DNA of 60,698 bases from an uncultured delta proteobacterium (GTDB lineage: Bacteria; Desulfobacterota; Binatia; UBA9968): contig CAVWLW010000029.1 of NCBI GenBank assembly GCA_963755715.1, positions 1-60,698 on the forward strand, written 5' to 3'. Below are positions 44,325-54,409 of the stretch, one piece after another (within the stretch, counting starts at the first letter, position 1; each line of letters opens with the position of its first letter). Made by a program: the position numbers and the translations under genes. The notes beneath the pieces were generated by a model, which did no database searches, was not told the DNA's origin, and saw nothing but the letters and a program-made list of their open reading frames with translations.

Positions 44325-45285
44325 ATGACTAAAATCCATCTAACGCTTTCTTGCGGTGACTACGATCGCACCCGCCCGCTCATCGACGGCACGGTCTCTA
44401 CACCCGAACTGGATTTAACCGTGATTCCGCTTCCGTCCGCAGAGCGTCATACGCGCTTTGTCCGCGGCTTGGAATTCGATGTTTGCGAGCTGCAGATCGC
44501 GCAATACCTGGGTTTAAAAAGCCGCGGAGTGCCGATCACTGCGATTCCGGTATTTCCTCATCGCCGATTCAATCATAGCTGCGTCATGGTGCGCATGGAT
44601 TCCGATATTGCGCGACCGGAAGATCTCCGCGGTCGCCGCGTTGGTGTCCATGGGCATTTCAACCCAATCGCGCTCTGGATCCGCGGTTTGCTGCAACATG
44701 AATACGCGCTACCACCGAGCGAGATTCACTGGGTCGCGGACGGGTCGGAAGATATGCCGGGCTGGTCGCCGCCTTCCTGGCTGCGCATTGAGCGCGCCCC
44801 TGCCGGTCGAAAGATGCAAGATTTGCTGAAGACGGGCGAACTGGACGCCCAAATACTTTCAGATAGCGGGGCCGACGTCTCTAGCATCAACAAAGTCGTG
44901 CGCCGGCTCTGGCCCAATTACCGTGAAGTCGAGACGGACTACTATCGCCGCACCGGTATTTTTCCGATTCGCCATCTTGTCGTTGTCAAAGACGAAGTGC
45001 TCCAGCGCGAACCAGCCGTAGCGACACATCTCGTAGCGCGCTTTCGAGACTGCCAAGCAGCAAGCCTATCGGTATTGGGCGGACCATCGCCGCTCCTCGC
45101 TCGCCTGGTTCGGCGCCGAACAAGAAGAGGAACGCGCCCTGCTCGGTCCCGATCCCTGGGCCTATTCGGTCGAGAAAAACCAAATTGTCCTTGACACGCT
45201 GCTGGATTATGCCGCCGAACAAGGACTCACCGAGCGCCGCCTCGACATCAAGGAAATATTTGCGCCGAATACATTCGGCGCGTAA
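44325..45285 (+). CDS. 4,5-dihydroxyphthalate decarboxylase-like protein (SBP fold; frameshift near 45047)
   Basis: LSCGDYDRTRPLIDG, FDVCEL, IPVFPHR, YYRRTGIFPIRH; shifted frame LGPDPWAY..YAAEQGL..FGA*. Confidence 0.85.
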
Positions 45286-45334
45286 AAAGAAAGCCGTTAA
45301 GCTTGAACGTGAAAAAAGACCCGAGGAAATCCAA

Positions 45335-45586
45335 ATGAGCCTGTATCAAGTCGACAAACTGCTGTTCGCCTTATTCAACGATCTAGAGCTGCAAGAAAAC
45401 TACAAGCAGAATCCGGCCGAGGTTCTCAAACGCTATGATTTGCAGGACTCCGAAATCGAAGCGCTGCGCGACTTGAATGCCGGGGCGCTTTATCGCATGG
45501 GAGCGCATAGTTTTCTTCTCTGGCAATTCGCGCGAATGATGGACCTCAAACCGGCCGTCTACTTCAAACAAGTACGAGGAAAATAG
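45335..45586 (+). CDS. Aromatic ring-opening dioxygenase LigA-like small subunit
   Basis: MSLYQVDKLLF..LKRYDL..EIEAL..LYRMGAH; 1 bp upstream of the LigB-like gene. Confidence 0.8.
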   Translation: MSLYQVDKLLFALFNDLELQENYKQNPAEVLKRYDLQDSEIEALRDLNAGALYRMGAHSFLLWQFARMMDLKPAVYFKQVRGK

Positions 45587-45587
45587 T

Positions 45588-46424
45588 ATGGGTAAGATTT
45601 CGCTGGGGCTCGCCGCGCCGCACAATCCCAATATCACATCGCGTCCGGACAAACTGTCGCCAGAAGTGCAAGGCAAGCTCGACTCCGCTTTCGGCCATTT
45701 GAAAGCGCGCTTGTCCGAAGCTTCTCCCGACTGTCTGCTGATTTTGACCAGCGATCACGTGACCAATTTTTTTTACAACAACGCGCCGATGTTTTGCCTT
45801 GGCATCTCCGATACCTGCACGGGGCCAGCGCCCAAGGAACTCTCGGAGCTGAGGATTGCGCGCGCCACGTTGAAAGTAGACACAACGATGGCAAAGGGAT
45901 TGCTCAACTACGGCATCGAGAGCGGCATCGATTTCAGCTACTCTCAGGAAATGATTTTGGACCATGCTTTCATGGTGCCGTTGAGCTTGCTGACACCGCG
46001 CATGGATCTGCCGATCGTGCCGCTGCATATCAACGGCATGCTGCCGCCCCGCCCTACCGCCGCGCGTTGTTACCGCCTCGGCCAGCAGATCGGGGATTAC
46101 GTTCGTAATCATTACAAGGGCAATGTCGCGGTGCTGGCGAGCGGCAGTTTTTCTGGTGATATCGGCGGCCCCAAGATGGGCTCCATCGACACCGAGCTGG
46201 ATTTGGAATTCCTCGATTTGGTGAAGGACGGTAAAGGCCAAGAGATGGTCAAGAAAGCTACGGCGGAAACGCTCGAACGCGCCGGCGTGGCGAACGAGAT
46301 CCTGATTTGGATCACGCTTCAAGGCGTACTCGGCGATCTTCGCCCTTCCTTCACCGACTACATTTGCGGCAAAGACTGGTCCACTGCGGCCACGCTTGCG
46401 ACCTGGCAACCTAATATTTGCTAA
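45588..46424 (+). CDS. Extradiol ring-cleavage dioxygenase LigB-like subunit
   Basis: APHNP, SDHVTNFF, LDHAFMVPL, RCYRLG, ASGSFS, NEILIW. Confidence 0.85.
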   Translation: MGKISLGLAAPHNPNITSRPDKLSPEVQGKLDSAFGHLKARLSEASPDCLLILTSDHVTNFFYNNAPMFCLGISDTCTGPAPKELSELRIARATLKVDTTMAKGLLNYGIESGIDFSYSQEMILDHAFMVPLSLLTPRMDLPIVPLHINGMLPPRPTAARCYRLGQQIGDYVRNHYKGNVAVLASGSFSGDIGGPKMGSIDTELDLEFLDLVKDGKGQEMVKKATAETLERAGVANEILIWITLQGVLGDLRPSFTDYICGKDWSTAATLATWQPNIC

Positions 46425-46431
46425 CCTTGAG

Positions 46432-47403
46432 CTAGCTGTCCTGTTCGACGCGCTTGAGATAGCTGTTGTCGACGAATTCCGCCAGCTTCAAGTTGCGCAG
46501 AGTTGGATTGGCGTCCGTCAAGTAAGAGAGAAAAATACGCAGGTCATCGATATTGGTATAGGGATAAAGCGGAATCGGCTCCACGTTTTTCCGGTACAAA
46601 TGATCCATGAACGTTGGGTCCGAGCTCGGGAGATAGCGATTGTAAATTCTCAGAACCTCTTGACGGTTTTTCGGCTCCTTGACCCAACGCCTGCCCTGCA
46701 CCAGGGCCTGCACCGTTCGCAATACCACTTCTTTGTTTTGATCGCGAAAACTGCGGGTCGTTAAATACGAATTGCCCATTACTTTGATGCCCATCTCCAT
46801 AGCGTCGGCCAAAACATGGTAAGGGATTTTCAATTGTTCGAATCGATCGGTGGCCGTGACAACGCCCGAGACAACCCCGGATTTGAATGCCGCCACTCTC
46901 TGATTACCGCCGCCGCCAACCTGCACCAATTCGACATCACCGGTCTTCAAGCCCACCTTTTCCAGTATCTGGAGCGAGATATAGTAGCTTGTGCCGCCGA
47001 CCCGATCGACGACGATCTTTTTGCCTCTCAGGTCTTTGACCGTTTTAACTCCTGGCTGCGTGATTAGCTTGTATTCGATCGGCTCTGCGGTGGCCAAGGC
47101 GACCAGATCCGAACCTCTCGCGGCCGCCAGGGCCGCCGAATCGACGCCGCCGAGATAGAACTGCAGCTCGCCAGCGATGAGCGCCTGCGTCCCTTGAACG
47201 CCCGGCGTGACGATGACTTCCGCCGCGAGACCGTTTTTTTTGAAGAAGCCCATGTCGTTGGTCGCCCAAAGCGCAATTCGACTGCTGGAAATCGACGAAT
47301 AGCCCATGCGAATCCGCTCGAGCTTCTGGCTTTCAGCGCAAAGCGCATGCGAAGAGCTGCCGAAAATCAGCATTGCGATGAATAAAACAAATGACATGTA
47401 CAC
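46432..47403 (-). CDS. NMT1/SsuA-type ABC substrate-binding protein
   Basis: Signal peptide, GFFKKNGL, QALIAG, VKDLRGKKI, FVDNSYL. Confidence 0.88.
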   Translation of the reverse strand: MYMSFVLFIAMLIFGSSSHALCAESQKLERIRMGYSSISSSRIALWATNDMGFFKKNGLAAEVIVTPGVQGTQALIAGELQFYLGGVDSAALAAARGSDLVALATAEPIEYKLITQPGVKTVKDLRGKKIVVDRVGGTSYYISLQILEKVGLKTGDVELVQVGGGGNQRVAAFKSGVVSGVVTATDRFEQLKIPYHVLADAMEMGIKVMGNSYLTTRSFRDQNKEVVLRTVQALVQGRRWVKEPKNRQEVLRIYNRYLPSSDPTFMDHLYRKNVEPIPLYPYTNIDDLRIFLSYLTDANPTLRNLKLAEFVDNSYLKRVEQDS

Positions 47404-47630
47404 TCCCGAAGGATCTTTTCTGCTCGCGATCCGTTTCTTTTATCCGTGCCTATGCGCTCGGTCAAGCAATGGTAGGACATTGGTTTCTAGCTTTTATCGC
47501 TCATCGGCTGGTGGCCACGAACTTTGGCCGAAACAGTTTGACCGAGGTCTAGCTAAGCAGTAAAGAAAACATTGCGGAAAGAGCCAAGCCGTGGTGCTGG
47601 GTCGAACGGACTCGCGTGATTGAAAACTGT

Positions 47631-48629
47631 ATGAGGTTTAGCCTCAAGGCAAAAAACTCGCATCTAATATGGATCTTGGTTTTGTCTTTGGCCTCGTGCT
47701 GCCTGTTCGTCGGAGGCGCTTTCGCTTTGGACGAAGCCAAGATTCACGTGGCCGGCACGCCGAACATCACCAGCTTTGTTTATCACGTCGGCAAGGAAAA
47801 AGGCTTCTACAGAGAAGAAGGGATCGAGCTGCAACCGATCATGGCCGGGATGCTTCAGGGAATTCAGGGACTGATCGGCGGCAGTTTCGACTACAGCCAG
47901 ATGCTCGGGCAAGGCGGAAGCGCCATCATGCGCGGCGCTCCGCTCAAGATCATCATGGCCTTCGACACGCGTCCTTCATGGTTCCTTCTCGGAACGAAGA
48001 ATATGAAAAGCATCCAGGACCTAAAAGGCAAACAGTTGGCGGTTTCCAGTTTTGGCGCTGCGTTGGACCAGATGACCCGCGAGCTGCTGCCTCGATTCGG
48101 CCTGGAGCCGATGCGCGACGTGATCCTGCGCGCGATCGAGCCGCCGCCCAATAGACTGGCCGCTCTGTTGAGCGGCGCGGTTGACGCCGCGGTGTTGACC
48201 CACCCTGAAACGATCATCGCGCGCAGGCAGGGCTTCAATGAATTGATTTTTTTCGGCGACCACATTGACTTTGTCTCGGCCGGCGTCGTGGCGACCGAGA
48301 AAAATATTTCTCAGAGGCCGGATTTCGTGCGCCGTTTCATCCGGGGAGCGCTCAAGACTTTTTACTGGATCAAGTCTAATGAAAAAGAAGTCGTCGCCAG
48401 GCTCGCCAAAGCGACAAAGTCCTCCGAGGCCGACGGCTTGGAGCTTTACCGGACCGGGCTCAAGCTTTTTTCGCAGGACGGCACCATACCTCGCACGCTC
48501 CAGGAGAGAATGATCTCGCTCCAGAGAAAAGTTCTCCAGGTAGAAAAAGAAGTCCCGCCGGAGAGTATCTATGACTTCAGCTTTGTCCGCACGGGCAACA
48601 AAGAACTAGGAAAAGGAGAATCTCCATGA
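47631..48629 (+). CDS. NMT1/SsuA-type ABC substrate-binding protein
   Basis: Signal peptide, KGFYREEGI, IQDLKGKQLAVSSFG, RLAALLSGAVDA. Confidence 0.88.
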   Translation: MRFSLKAKNSHLIWILVLSLASCCLFVGGAFALDEAKIHVAGTPNITSFVYHVGKEKGFYREEGIELQPIMAGMLQGIQGLIGGSFDYSQMLGQGGSAIMRGAPLKIIMAFDTRPSWFLLGTKNMKSIQDLKGKQLAVSSFGAALDQMTRELLPRFGLEPMRDVILRAIEPPPNRLAALLSGAVDAAVLTHPETIIARRQGFNELIFFGDHIDFVSAGVVATEKNISQRPDFVRRFIRGALKTFYWIKSNEKEVVARLAKATKSSEADGLELYRTGLKLFSQDGTIPRTLQERMISLQRKVLQVEKEVPPESIYDFSFVRTGNKELGKGESP

Positions 48630-49675
48630 GCACTCTAAATCAACCCCTCCTCATCGCCAACGTCAACTACCACGTCGGCCACTGGGTGGCCATTTACGTC
48701 GCCGAAGAACAGGGCTTTTTCAAACAGGAAGGTCTTGCGCGCTACGAATACGAGCGCGGCGGGCTTTTGCCCGGCCCGTCGGAAAGCCAAACCCTCGGTC
48801 TCGCAATCAAGGAACATGGCGTGGACATCGCCACCGCGGTGGACACGGAGTCGGCCATTACGCAAAGAGCAAAAGGCGCCGATGTCTACATCGTCGGCGG
48901 GTGGCGCTACACGCCATTTCTCAAATGGTATGGCTCTAAACATATCACCGACATGAGCAAGCTGCGCGGCGGCAAGATCGGCGTGCGAGAAAATTCAGCG
49001 GACGGCGGCGGCCTCGTCGAGTTTTTTATCGAGGAAGCGTTGAAGGAAGCCGGCGTTAACCCGGAGACCGAAGTGGAAATGGTCCAAGACCCGGTGTTCG
49101 GCTACCGGAACAATCCCGCCCACATCGATCTGCTCCGCTCGGGAAAAGTAAATGCGATCACATCCTCGCCGCCTTTCTCCGATGAGCTGGAGAGAGAAGG
49201 ATATCCGGTCATCCTCGATCCCAACGTGGTTTTTCCCAGACGTCCCGGCAAAGTCACCGTGGCGCCGCGCCGAACGGTCGAAGAGCGGAGCGAGGAACTG
49301 AAAGCCTACTTCCGCGCCATCACGCGGACGTTCTGGTTCATGCGCGATGTGAATAATTTTCAGTATCTCCACGATCTCGAAGCGCGGCTAAGAAAGCTCA
49401 CGCACAACGAAGACGAGCAGCGCCTTTTCATCGCTTCGGCGCCGGATCGGGTCGACAGTTGGGCGCTGCCGATGGACGGCGGCATCGAGCGTCACGCGCT
49501 CGAACGCATCATTCAAGAGATGGTCAAAAGAGGCAGGCTCGAACGGCCGATTCCCGTCGGCGACGTCTTCAAAGACGACGCCGTGCGCGATGCTTATCGC
49601 GACGTCAGCACCCGGGCAGAGCTCAAGCCCGCGTTCAACGCAGCCATGACGGTTCTGGAGAAATATGGTTTTTGA
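48626..49675 (+). CDS. NMT1/THI5-fold protein without signal peptide
   Basis: VAEEQGFFKQEGL, KLRGGKIGV; no hydrophobic N-terminus; 4-bp overlap with upstream gene. Confidence 0.78.
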   Translation: MSTLNQPLLIANVNYHVGHWVAIYVAEEQGFFKQEGLARYEYERGGLLPGPSESQTLGLAIKEHGVDIATAVDTESAITQRAKGADVYIVGGWRYTPFLKWYGSKHITDMSKLRGGKIGVRENSADGGGLVEFFIEEALKEAGVNPETEVEMVQDPVFGYRNNPAHIDLLRSGKVNAITSSPPFSDELEREGYPVILDPNVVFPRRPGKVTVAPRRTVEERSEELKAYFRAITRTFWFMRDVNNFQYLHDLEARLRKLTHNEDEQRLFIASAPDRVDSWALPMDGGIERHALERIIQEMVKRGRLERPIPVGDVFKDDAVRDAYRDVSTRAELKPAFNAAMTVLEKYGF

Positions 49676-49729
49676 CGATTAGGAAAAGAATGAAGGTTGA
49701 GCGGTTTTTAGGTAGACCCGTGCGGCAAG

Positions 49730-50710
49730 TTATTTCTTGCCCTTGTCGCTGAGAATCGACTGCAAGATGGAAAAATTGAAAATTCGCTGCGTGGGAACGT
49801 CCTTGTCGATCTTAACTTCATTCTTGTGAAAGCTGATGATGCGCTCCTGCGCGGCCGGGGATAGCGTCCCATCGTCCGTGTATGCCTTCAGGGAGGCGCG
49901 GTAAACGCCGAGTGCGTCGTCCTCCGGCACTTTGCTGAAGCGCGTGAGCATTTTCACAGCCTCATTCTCATTCTTTTTGTACCACTGTAACGTTTGCAAC
50001 GTGCCGGCTAAAAATCGCCGCACAAAATCCGGCCGTTCCGCCAGCGTCTTGTCCGATACTGCGACACCGCCGCTGGCATATTCAAAGTGGTCGCCATAAG
50101 CGGCGAGCTCGTTGAAACCCATTTTGCCGGCTCGGGTGCGCTCCGGGGCATTGACCACGGTCGCGGCGACGGCCCCACTGCCCAGGGCAGCCAGCCGCCC
50201 TTCCAACGGTATGACTTGAATTGTCACGTCGCGTTGCCAATCGATCCCGCTCTTAGTAAGAATCTCACGAGTCATTTGACCGCTGGCACCGCCGATAGTT
50301 TGAATCGCGACGGTCTTGCCCTTGACCTGTTGAAGAGTCTTAATTTCCGGCGCGCCATAAAGCCAAAATTGCGGTTTGCTATCGAAGACCATCACGATCT
50401 TTAGTCCGACACCGCGCATAATGGCCGTCGTCGTCGCGCCGAGGATCTGGCTGAAATCGAAACTTCCGCCGATCAATCCCTGCACGCCGACTTGAGGCTG
50501 CGCCATAATCGTCAGCGCGTCGATGCCGTTGTCTTTGTAAAATCCTTTGTCCGCTCCCGCGACAAAAATAAACGCATTGGGACTGCCGATTCCGGTTCGA
50601 TGCACCTTCGCCGTGTCTGCGGCGATTGCCGCCGAAAGTGAAGCGACGCCGATCAAAATAAAAACCAGCGACAAATTAGAAAGAACTCTTCTCATACTCA
50701 ACAGAGGCAC
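49730..50710 (-). CDS. NMT1/SsuA-type ABC substrate-binding protein
   Basis: Signal peptide; shares QGLIGGSFD.SQ.LG, AIMRG, RPDFVRRF with 47631-48629. Confidence 0.88.
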   Translation of the reverse strand: MPLLSMRRVLSNLSLVFILIGVASLSAAIAADTAKVHRTGIGSPNAFIFVAGADKGFYKDNGIDALTIMAQPQVGVQGLIGGSFDFSQILGATTTAIMRGVGLKIVMVFDSKPQFWLYGAPEIKTLQQVKGKTVAIQTIGGASGQMTREILTKSGIDWQRDVTIQVIPLEGRLAALGSGAVAATVVNAPERTRAGKMGFNELAAYGDHFEYASGGVAVSDKTLAERPDFVRRFLAGTLQTLQWYKKNENEAVKMLTRFSKVPEDDALGVYRASLKAYTDDGTLSPAAQERIISFHKNEVKIDKDVPTQRIFNFSILQSILSDKGKK

Positions 50711-50734
50711 CTCTACTAAGTAAATCTCCTTTCT

Positions 50735-51892
50735 TTACGTCGTTTCAAAGTCCGTCCTCGACAGCGTCTTCCACTGCTTAGTCGGTCGCGCTTCCGAAAG
50801 CGCGCGCAGCTCGCGTTCCCATATTTTCCGAAAGAGGATGACGACCACGTCGTTTCGGCCTAAATGGAAGTTATTCTGATCGGCCATCGCCCCCTGGCCG
50901 ACTTGAGCAACGTAGTCTTCGATCCGAGTCAGCTCATAGTTATCCGCGCCGACCATATTCTTTATCCTTGCCTTGCCGTGGAGAACTCTTTCACCCAATT
51001 CGACATGGCTCGGGCCGGCCTGCTCTGTTTCCTTGGAGCGCTCGATAAATTTTTTCTTGCCATCTTCTCCTTCAAGATGCACGACGTCGACGCCGAGGCC
51101 CAAGCAGCGGTCGTTCTCGATCGGCACGCGCCAGAGAAATCGATCGACCGAGCCTTCGCCGAGTTGTTTGGCGATCAATCCTTTGATCTTGAGCGGATGG
51201 CGCAGGTGGTTCATGTTCGGCATGAGGATGTACCGCGCTTCGCTCTTCCCGGAGGGTAAGTTTCGCGTGAGCTTGATGCCGACATCGTTTTCCTCCGCAA
51301 CGAGTTGATCAGGAACGACCACATCGACGCCGATCCGGCGGCGCGACTCCCGATGCGTAAACGGCACATGAACCGGATCGCCCAAATTATCGAGCCGGTT
51401 GAAATAATTGCAGGGCCATTCTTCGCTCAGCAACACGTCGACGATGCCGCCGGCATCGAGATCCGAATAGCGCGGCAACGGCGGCGCCGCGCCATCGCCG
51501 AGAAACGCGAAGATGAGCCCCAGATACTCTTCGGTGGGATAGCTGCGAATCTTGATCTTCGATTTGAACGCCGCATCCTCGCCGGGCTGCTCGACACACT
51601 GCCCCGACGGGTCATATTTCCAGCCGTGATAAAAACAACGGATACAATCGTCTTCCACCCAGCCTGCCGAAAGCTGCGTCCCCCGGTGGGCGCAGCGAAA
51701 CGCGACCACGTGAGCCTTGCCGCTTTCGCCGCGGTACAGGGTAAAATCTTCACTCATGATCCGCAACGGCACGGCCTCCCCCGCCGGCAAATCTTTGGCG
51801 CGGTAAACCGGTTGCCAAAACGAGCGAAGGTAGCGCCCGGCAAGACTGCCCGGTTCGGTGCGATAAAGATCTAGCGAATTTTCAGCGCTCAT
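50735..51892 (-). CDS. Rieske aromatic ring-hydroxylating oxygenase alpha subunit (phthalate 4,5-dioxygenase-like)
   Basis: GRYLRSFWQP, CAHRG...CFYHGW Rieske ligands, DPVHVPFTH mononuclear Fe site, IEDYVAQVGQG. Confidence 0.9.
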   Translation of the reverse strand: MSAENSLDLYRTEPGSLAGRYLRSFWQPVYRAKDLPAGEAVPLRIMSEDFTLYRGESGKAHVVAFRCAHRGTQLSAGWVEDDCIRCFYHGWKYDPSGQCVEQPGEDAAFKSKIKIRSYPTEEYLGLIFAFLGDGAAPPLPRYSDLDAGGIVDVLLSEEWPCNYFNRLDNLGDPVHVPFTHRESRRRIGVDVVVPDQLVAEENDVGIKLTRNLPSGKSEARYILMPNMNHLRHPLKIKGLIAKQLGEGSVDRFLWRVPIENDRCLGLGVDVVHLEGEDGKKKFIERSKETEQAGPSHVELGERVLHGKARIKNMVGADNYELTRIEDYVAQVGQGAMADQNNFHLGRNDVVVILFRKIWERELRALSEARPTKQWKTLSRTDFETT

Positions 51893-52284
51893 GTTTCTTT
51901 CCTTTGCTATGAATCACGTTCTTGGATTGTAATCCGATCATGTAACACAATCTTTTTTCGTAAACGCTTGTCACACCGCCGCCGATGGGCATCGTCAATT
52001 ACCTTTCCCATCGTGCCGAGACCGACTTTTCGAATCCCGCTTTGTTCTACTTTATCCAAAGAGAATTTGTAACGCCGTTAGCCAAGCCGACAGCCATTCT
52101 ACCAATCTCAACCATGTGCTTCGATATACTCTATTTCAGTCTCTCTGATCGCTGCTCTTTTTTAAGAGCGAGCAGAAATCGACAGGACAAATTATTGGCA
52201 AGGTCTGGAGCGCACCGGACCGGGACTGATCGGCAGGGGTTTGATTCAGTTGAATTGAGTTCCTGGACAACTTCAAGGAAAGAA

Positions 52285-52330
52285 TGGTCGGGGCGAGCGG
52301 ATTTGAACCGCTGACCACACGCACCCCAAG
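52285..52330 (-). mobile_element. att site: duplicated 3' half of tRNA-Pro(GGG)
   Basis: Reverse complement cttggggtgcgtgtggtcagcggttcaaatccgctcgccccgacca has the anticodon loop, T-arm, acceptor strand and CCA; the 5' half is absent. Confidence 0.85.
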
Positions 52331-52441
52331 AGTTTCAGGGCAAAATTAGTTCGCTTGGAAAATCGAAAACTACTGAATTTTCGAGAATTAGTGTGCCGTG
52401 ATTCCACACAACCTAACGCAGCTTTTCGAGGAAATCATAGA

Positions 52442-52465
52442 AAAGTCCTCACCAAAGTCCTCACC
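52442..52465. repeat. 12-bp tandem repeat, possible integrase arm-type sites
   Basis: aaagtcctcacc x2, about 110 bp inside the tRNA fragment. Confidence 0.6.
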
Positions 52466-52883
52466 AGATTCACAGCCAATGAGAGTTCATTCCTTGAATC
52501 ATAACTACACAAACCTATCACAGCTCACAATAATTTTCCATTATTCTATTCGCTCCTGCCGGATCTCACGCTATCCGAAGCCCTCGAAACCACAAAAATT
52601 CATAGCGTCGTCGGCTTGCTCAACGGCCAGGCAATCATCACAGGCGGTCATTTCGCTCAGTCGGGGGCGGCATGCCTTAGCCGGATGAAGTTTCCCTCGC
52701 CCACAATTGGGTGCTGTTTCTCTATTGTGTGACGAGTTAGCTGGATTGTTGTGCTGTCGCGTCCCATCAGATCCGTTTTAAAATCCATTGAAGCTTTTTT
52801 GGAGTTGGAATCTTGGAAACCGTCATAATCTTTTGCGACCACTCATCAAGATGGTCCATAGGAATTGGAAATTTTGTTTCTCT

Positions 52884-53222
52884 TTATGCCTTGATCATAA
52901 CCAGTAGCATTTTGAAATCGCTTGCGGCTTTTATTGAATGCGGCTGGTTCGCCGGCATTGTTATTGTCTCTTCCTCCTGTAGTCGGTACTTCTGCCCTGA
53001 TATCTGTATCTCCGCTTCTCCCTCAACACAGATCACCAGCGCGTCGAATGCAGCGGTGTGCTCGCTAAGCCCCTCGCCGTTGGCGAACGCAAATAATGTC
53101 ACCGTGCCGCTGGGATTCTTTAGAAGAACTCGGCTCACAATGGCACTCTCTTGATATTGTAACAGGCTTTTAAGGCTCTTTACCTCAGCAACAGCTTGAC
53201 TCATCAGCTCGTTCTCCTGCAC
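52884..53222 (-). CDS. Cupin domain protein
   Basis: TVTLFAF..GEGLSEHTA, EGEAEI, MPANQPHS, FKMLL. Confidence 0.9.
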   Translation of the reverse strand: MQENELMSQAVAEVKSLKSLLQYQESAIVSRVLLKNPSGTVTLFAFANGEGLSEHTAAFDALVICVEGEAEIQISGQKYRLQEEETITMPANQPHSIKAASDFKMLLVMIKA

Positions 53223-53588
53223 TGGCTACTCTTCGGCCTCACATTGGACAGCGGTCTTTTAGCCATTTTCCTGATCGAGTAGTTTCCAATTGTTCTCATA
53301 TTTTTGAGCGAGTTTATAGGAAAACTCATACCATGTGTTTGTTTTCTTATGACACGATGGTGCTCGCCACAAATGCGGCAGCGGACAAAATCTATCCCCT
53401 CAATGCCGGTCAATTTGCGGACGCGACTTGTGCCCTCCCAAGCGGCGCTGCAGATACGTATTTTTCGGCCAATCCCAACTTCGCCCCGGAAAACCGTCAC
53501 CGTTGTAAGTCGCGCCGTTTACTTTGCTCTGCAAGAATATCAATTGCCAGTAACTAGGTTTATCTAGGGTCACATCGTGTGCCTTCAT
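53204..53588 (-). pseudogene. Degraded gene with zinc-finger-like motif
   Basis: RBS + MKAHDV start; EGIDFVRCRICGEH in a different frame. Confidence 0.35.
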
Positions 53589-53647
53589 TTTCGCTCTCCT
53601 TTCAAATCGGTTTTCCTAACTTCGGCTCCGAGCGACTAGCGCGTCCA

Positions 53648-53947
53648 TCACCTCCGATAGATTGTGAATGGATTGTAAACAGGACCACTTTTGTTGGCAG
53701 CCAATCCGCTGTTGCCTTGATTGTAACGCTCTAAGTAGCGATTTGGATCGCTCGTCGCCTTCTCGCCGATATAAGGGTTTACGTCCCCTGGATGCGAGTA
53801 GTTATTGTAACTGTCAGGACTGCTTTGGTGATGTTCCTGGACCAGCGTCCCACCCACCCTCGTATACGGATCAACCCAAACTTGAGCATGAGCGGCTGAG
53901 AACCAACCCAGGACAAGAGCAAAAGCGAATAACGTGGTCTTCTTCAT
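53648..53947 (-). CDS. Small secreted protein
   Basis: MKKTTLFAFALVLGWFSAAHA signal; VDPYTR.GGT.V..H..SSPD..NNYS.PG.VNPY.G motif. Confidence 0.8.
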   Translation of the reverse strand: MKKTTLFAFALVLGWFSAAHAQVWVDPYTRVGGTLVQEHHQSSPDSYNNYSHPGDVNPYIGEKATSDPNRYLERYNQGNSGLAANKSGPVYNPFTIYRR

Positions 53948-53986
53948 GGTCACCCTTAATCTACGTGTCTGCTCGCTCTTCGATTG

Positions 53987-54002
53987 AGCAACGTCTATGC
54001 CC
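53987..54002 (-). promoter_or_regulatory. Sigma54 promoter, leftward
   Basis: Reverse complement GGGCATAGACGTTGCT, 40 bp upstream of ATG 53947. Confidence 0.62.
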
Positions 54003-54346
54003 AATCGCACGATGAAGCAATTCAACCTCTTCACCTGTTTCGCCGATGTCAGGAGATGGCAAACTGCCATTTTGTGGTACTGGAAACGCTCTAAAAACGA
54101 ATTCTTACGCGGCTCTGATCACTAGATATGAGGTAATTGGCCGTGACTTGATTGACTCTGAGAGCGGTCGAATGCAATCCAGCGTATCGTTCTCGGTTGC
54201 CTTGCCACAATTCCGCGAACCTAGCACACTTGCGATGCCGATTCCTGCCGGAGTGCTGTCACCGAATTGGGACGCACGAAAATTCTCAAAACTTCGCACG
54301 AAATTTCCTTCCTTTATTCTGCTTCCGCATCGCGCAAGTCCCGAGT

Positions 54347-54381
54347 TATCAAATATTTACCCTCTTGGTACGGTGATTGCG
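54347..54381 (+). promoter_or_regulatory. IHF site plus sigma54 promoter, rightward
   Basis: TATCAAATATTTA (WATCAANNNNTTR) at 54347-54359; TGGTACGGTGATTGCG at 54366-54381. Confidence 0.7.
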
Positions 54382-54409
54382 GCCTTTCCTGTGAGAGGAG
54401 GAACACACA

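Noticed and set aside
52285-52360. Functional tRNA-Pro gene
   Set aside because: The sequence beyond 52330 cannot form the D-arm or the 5' acceptor strand
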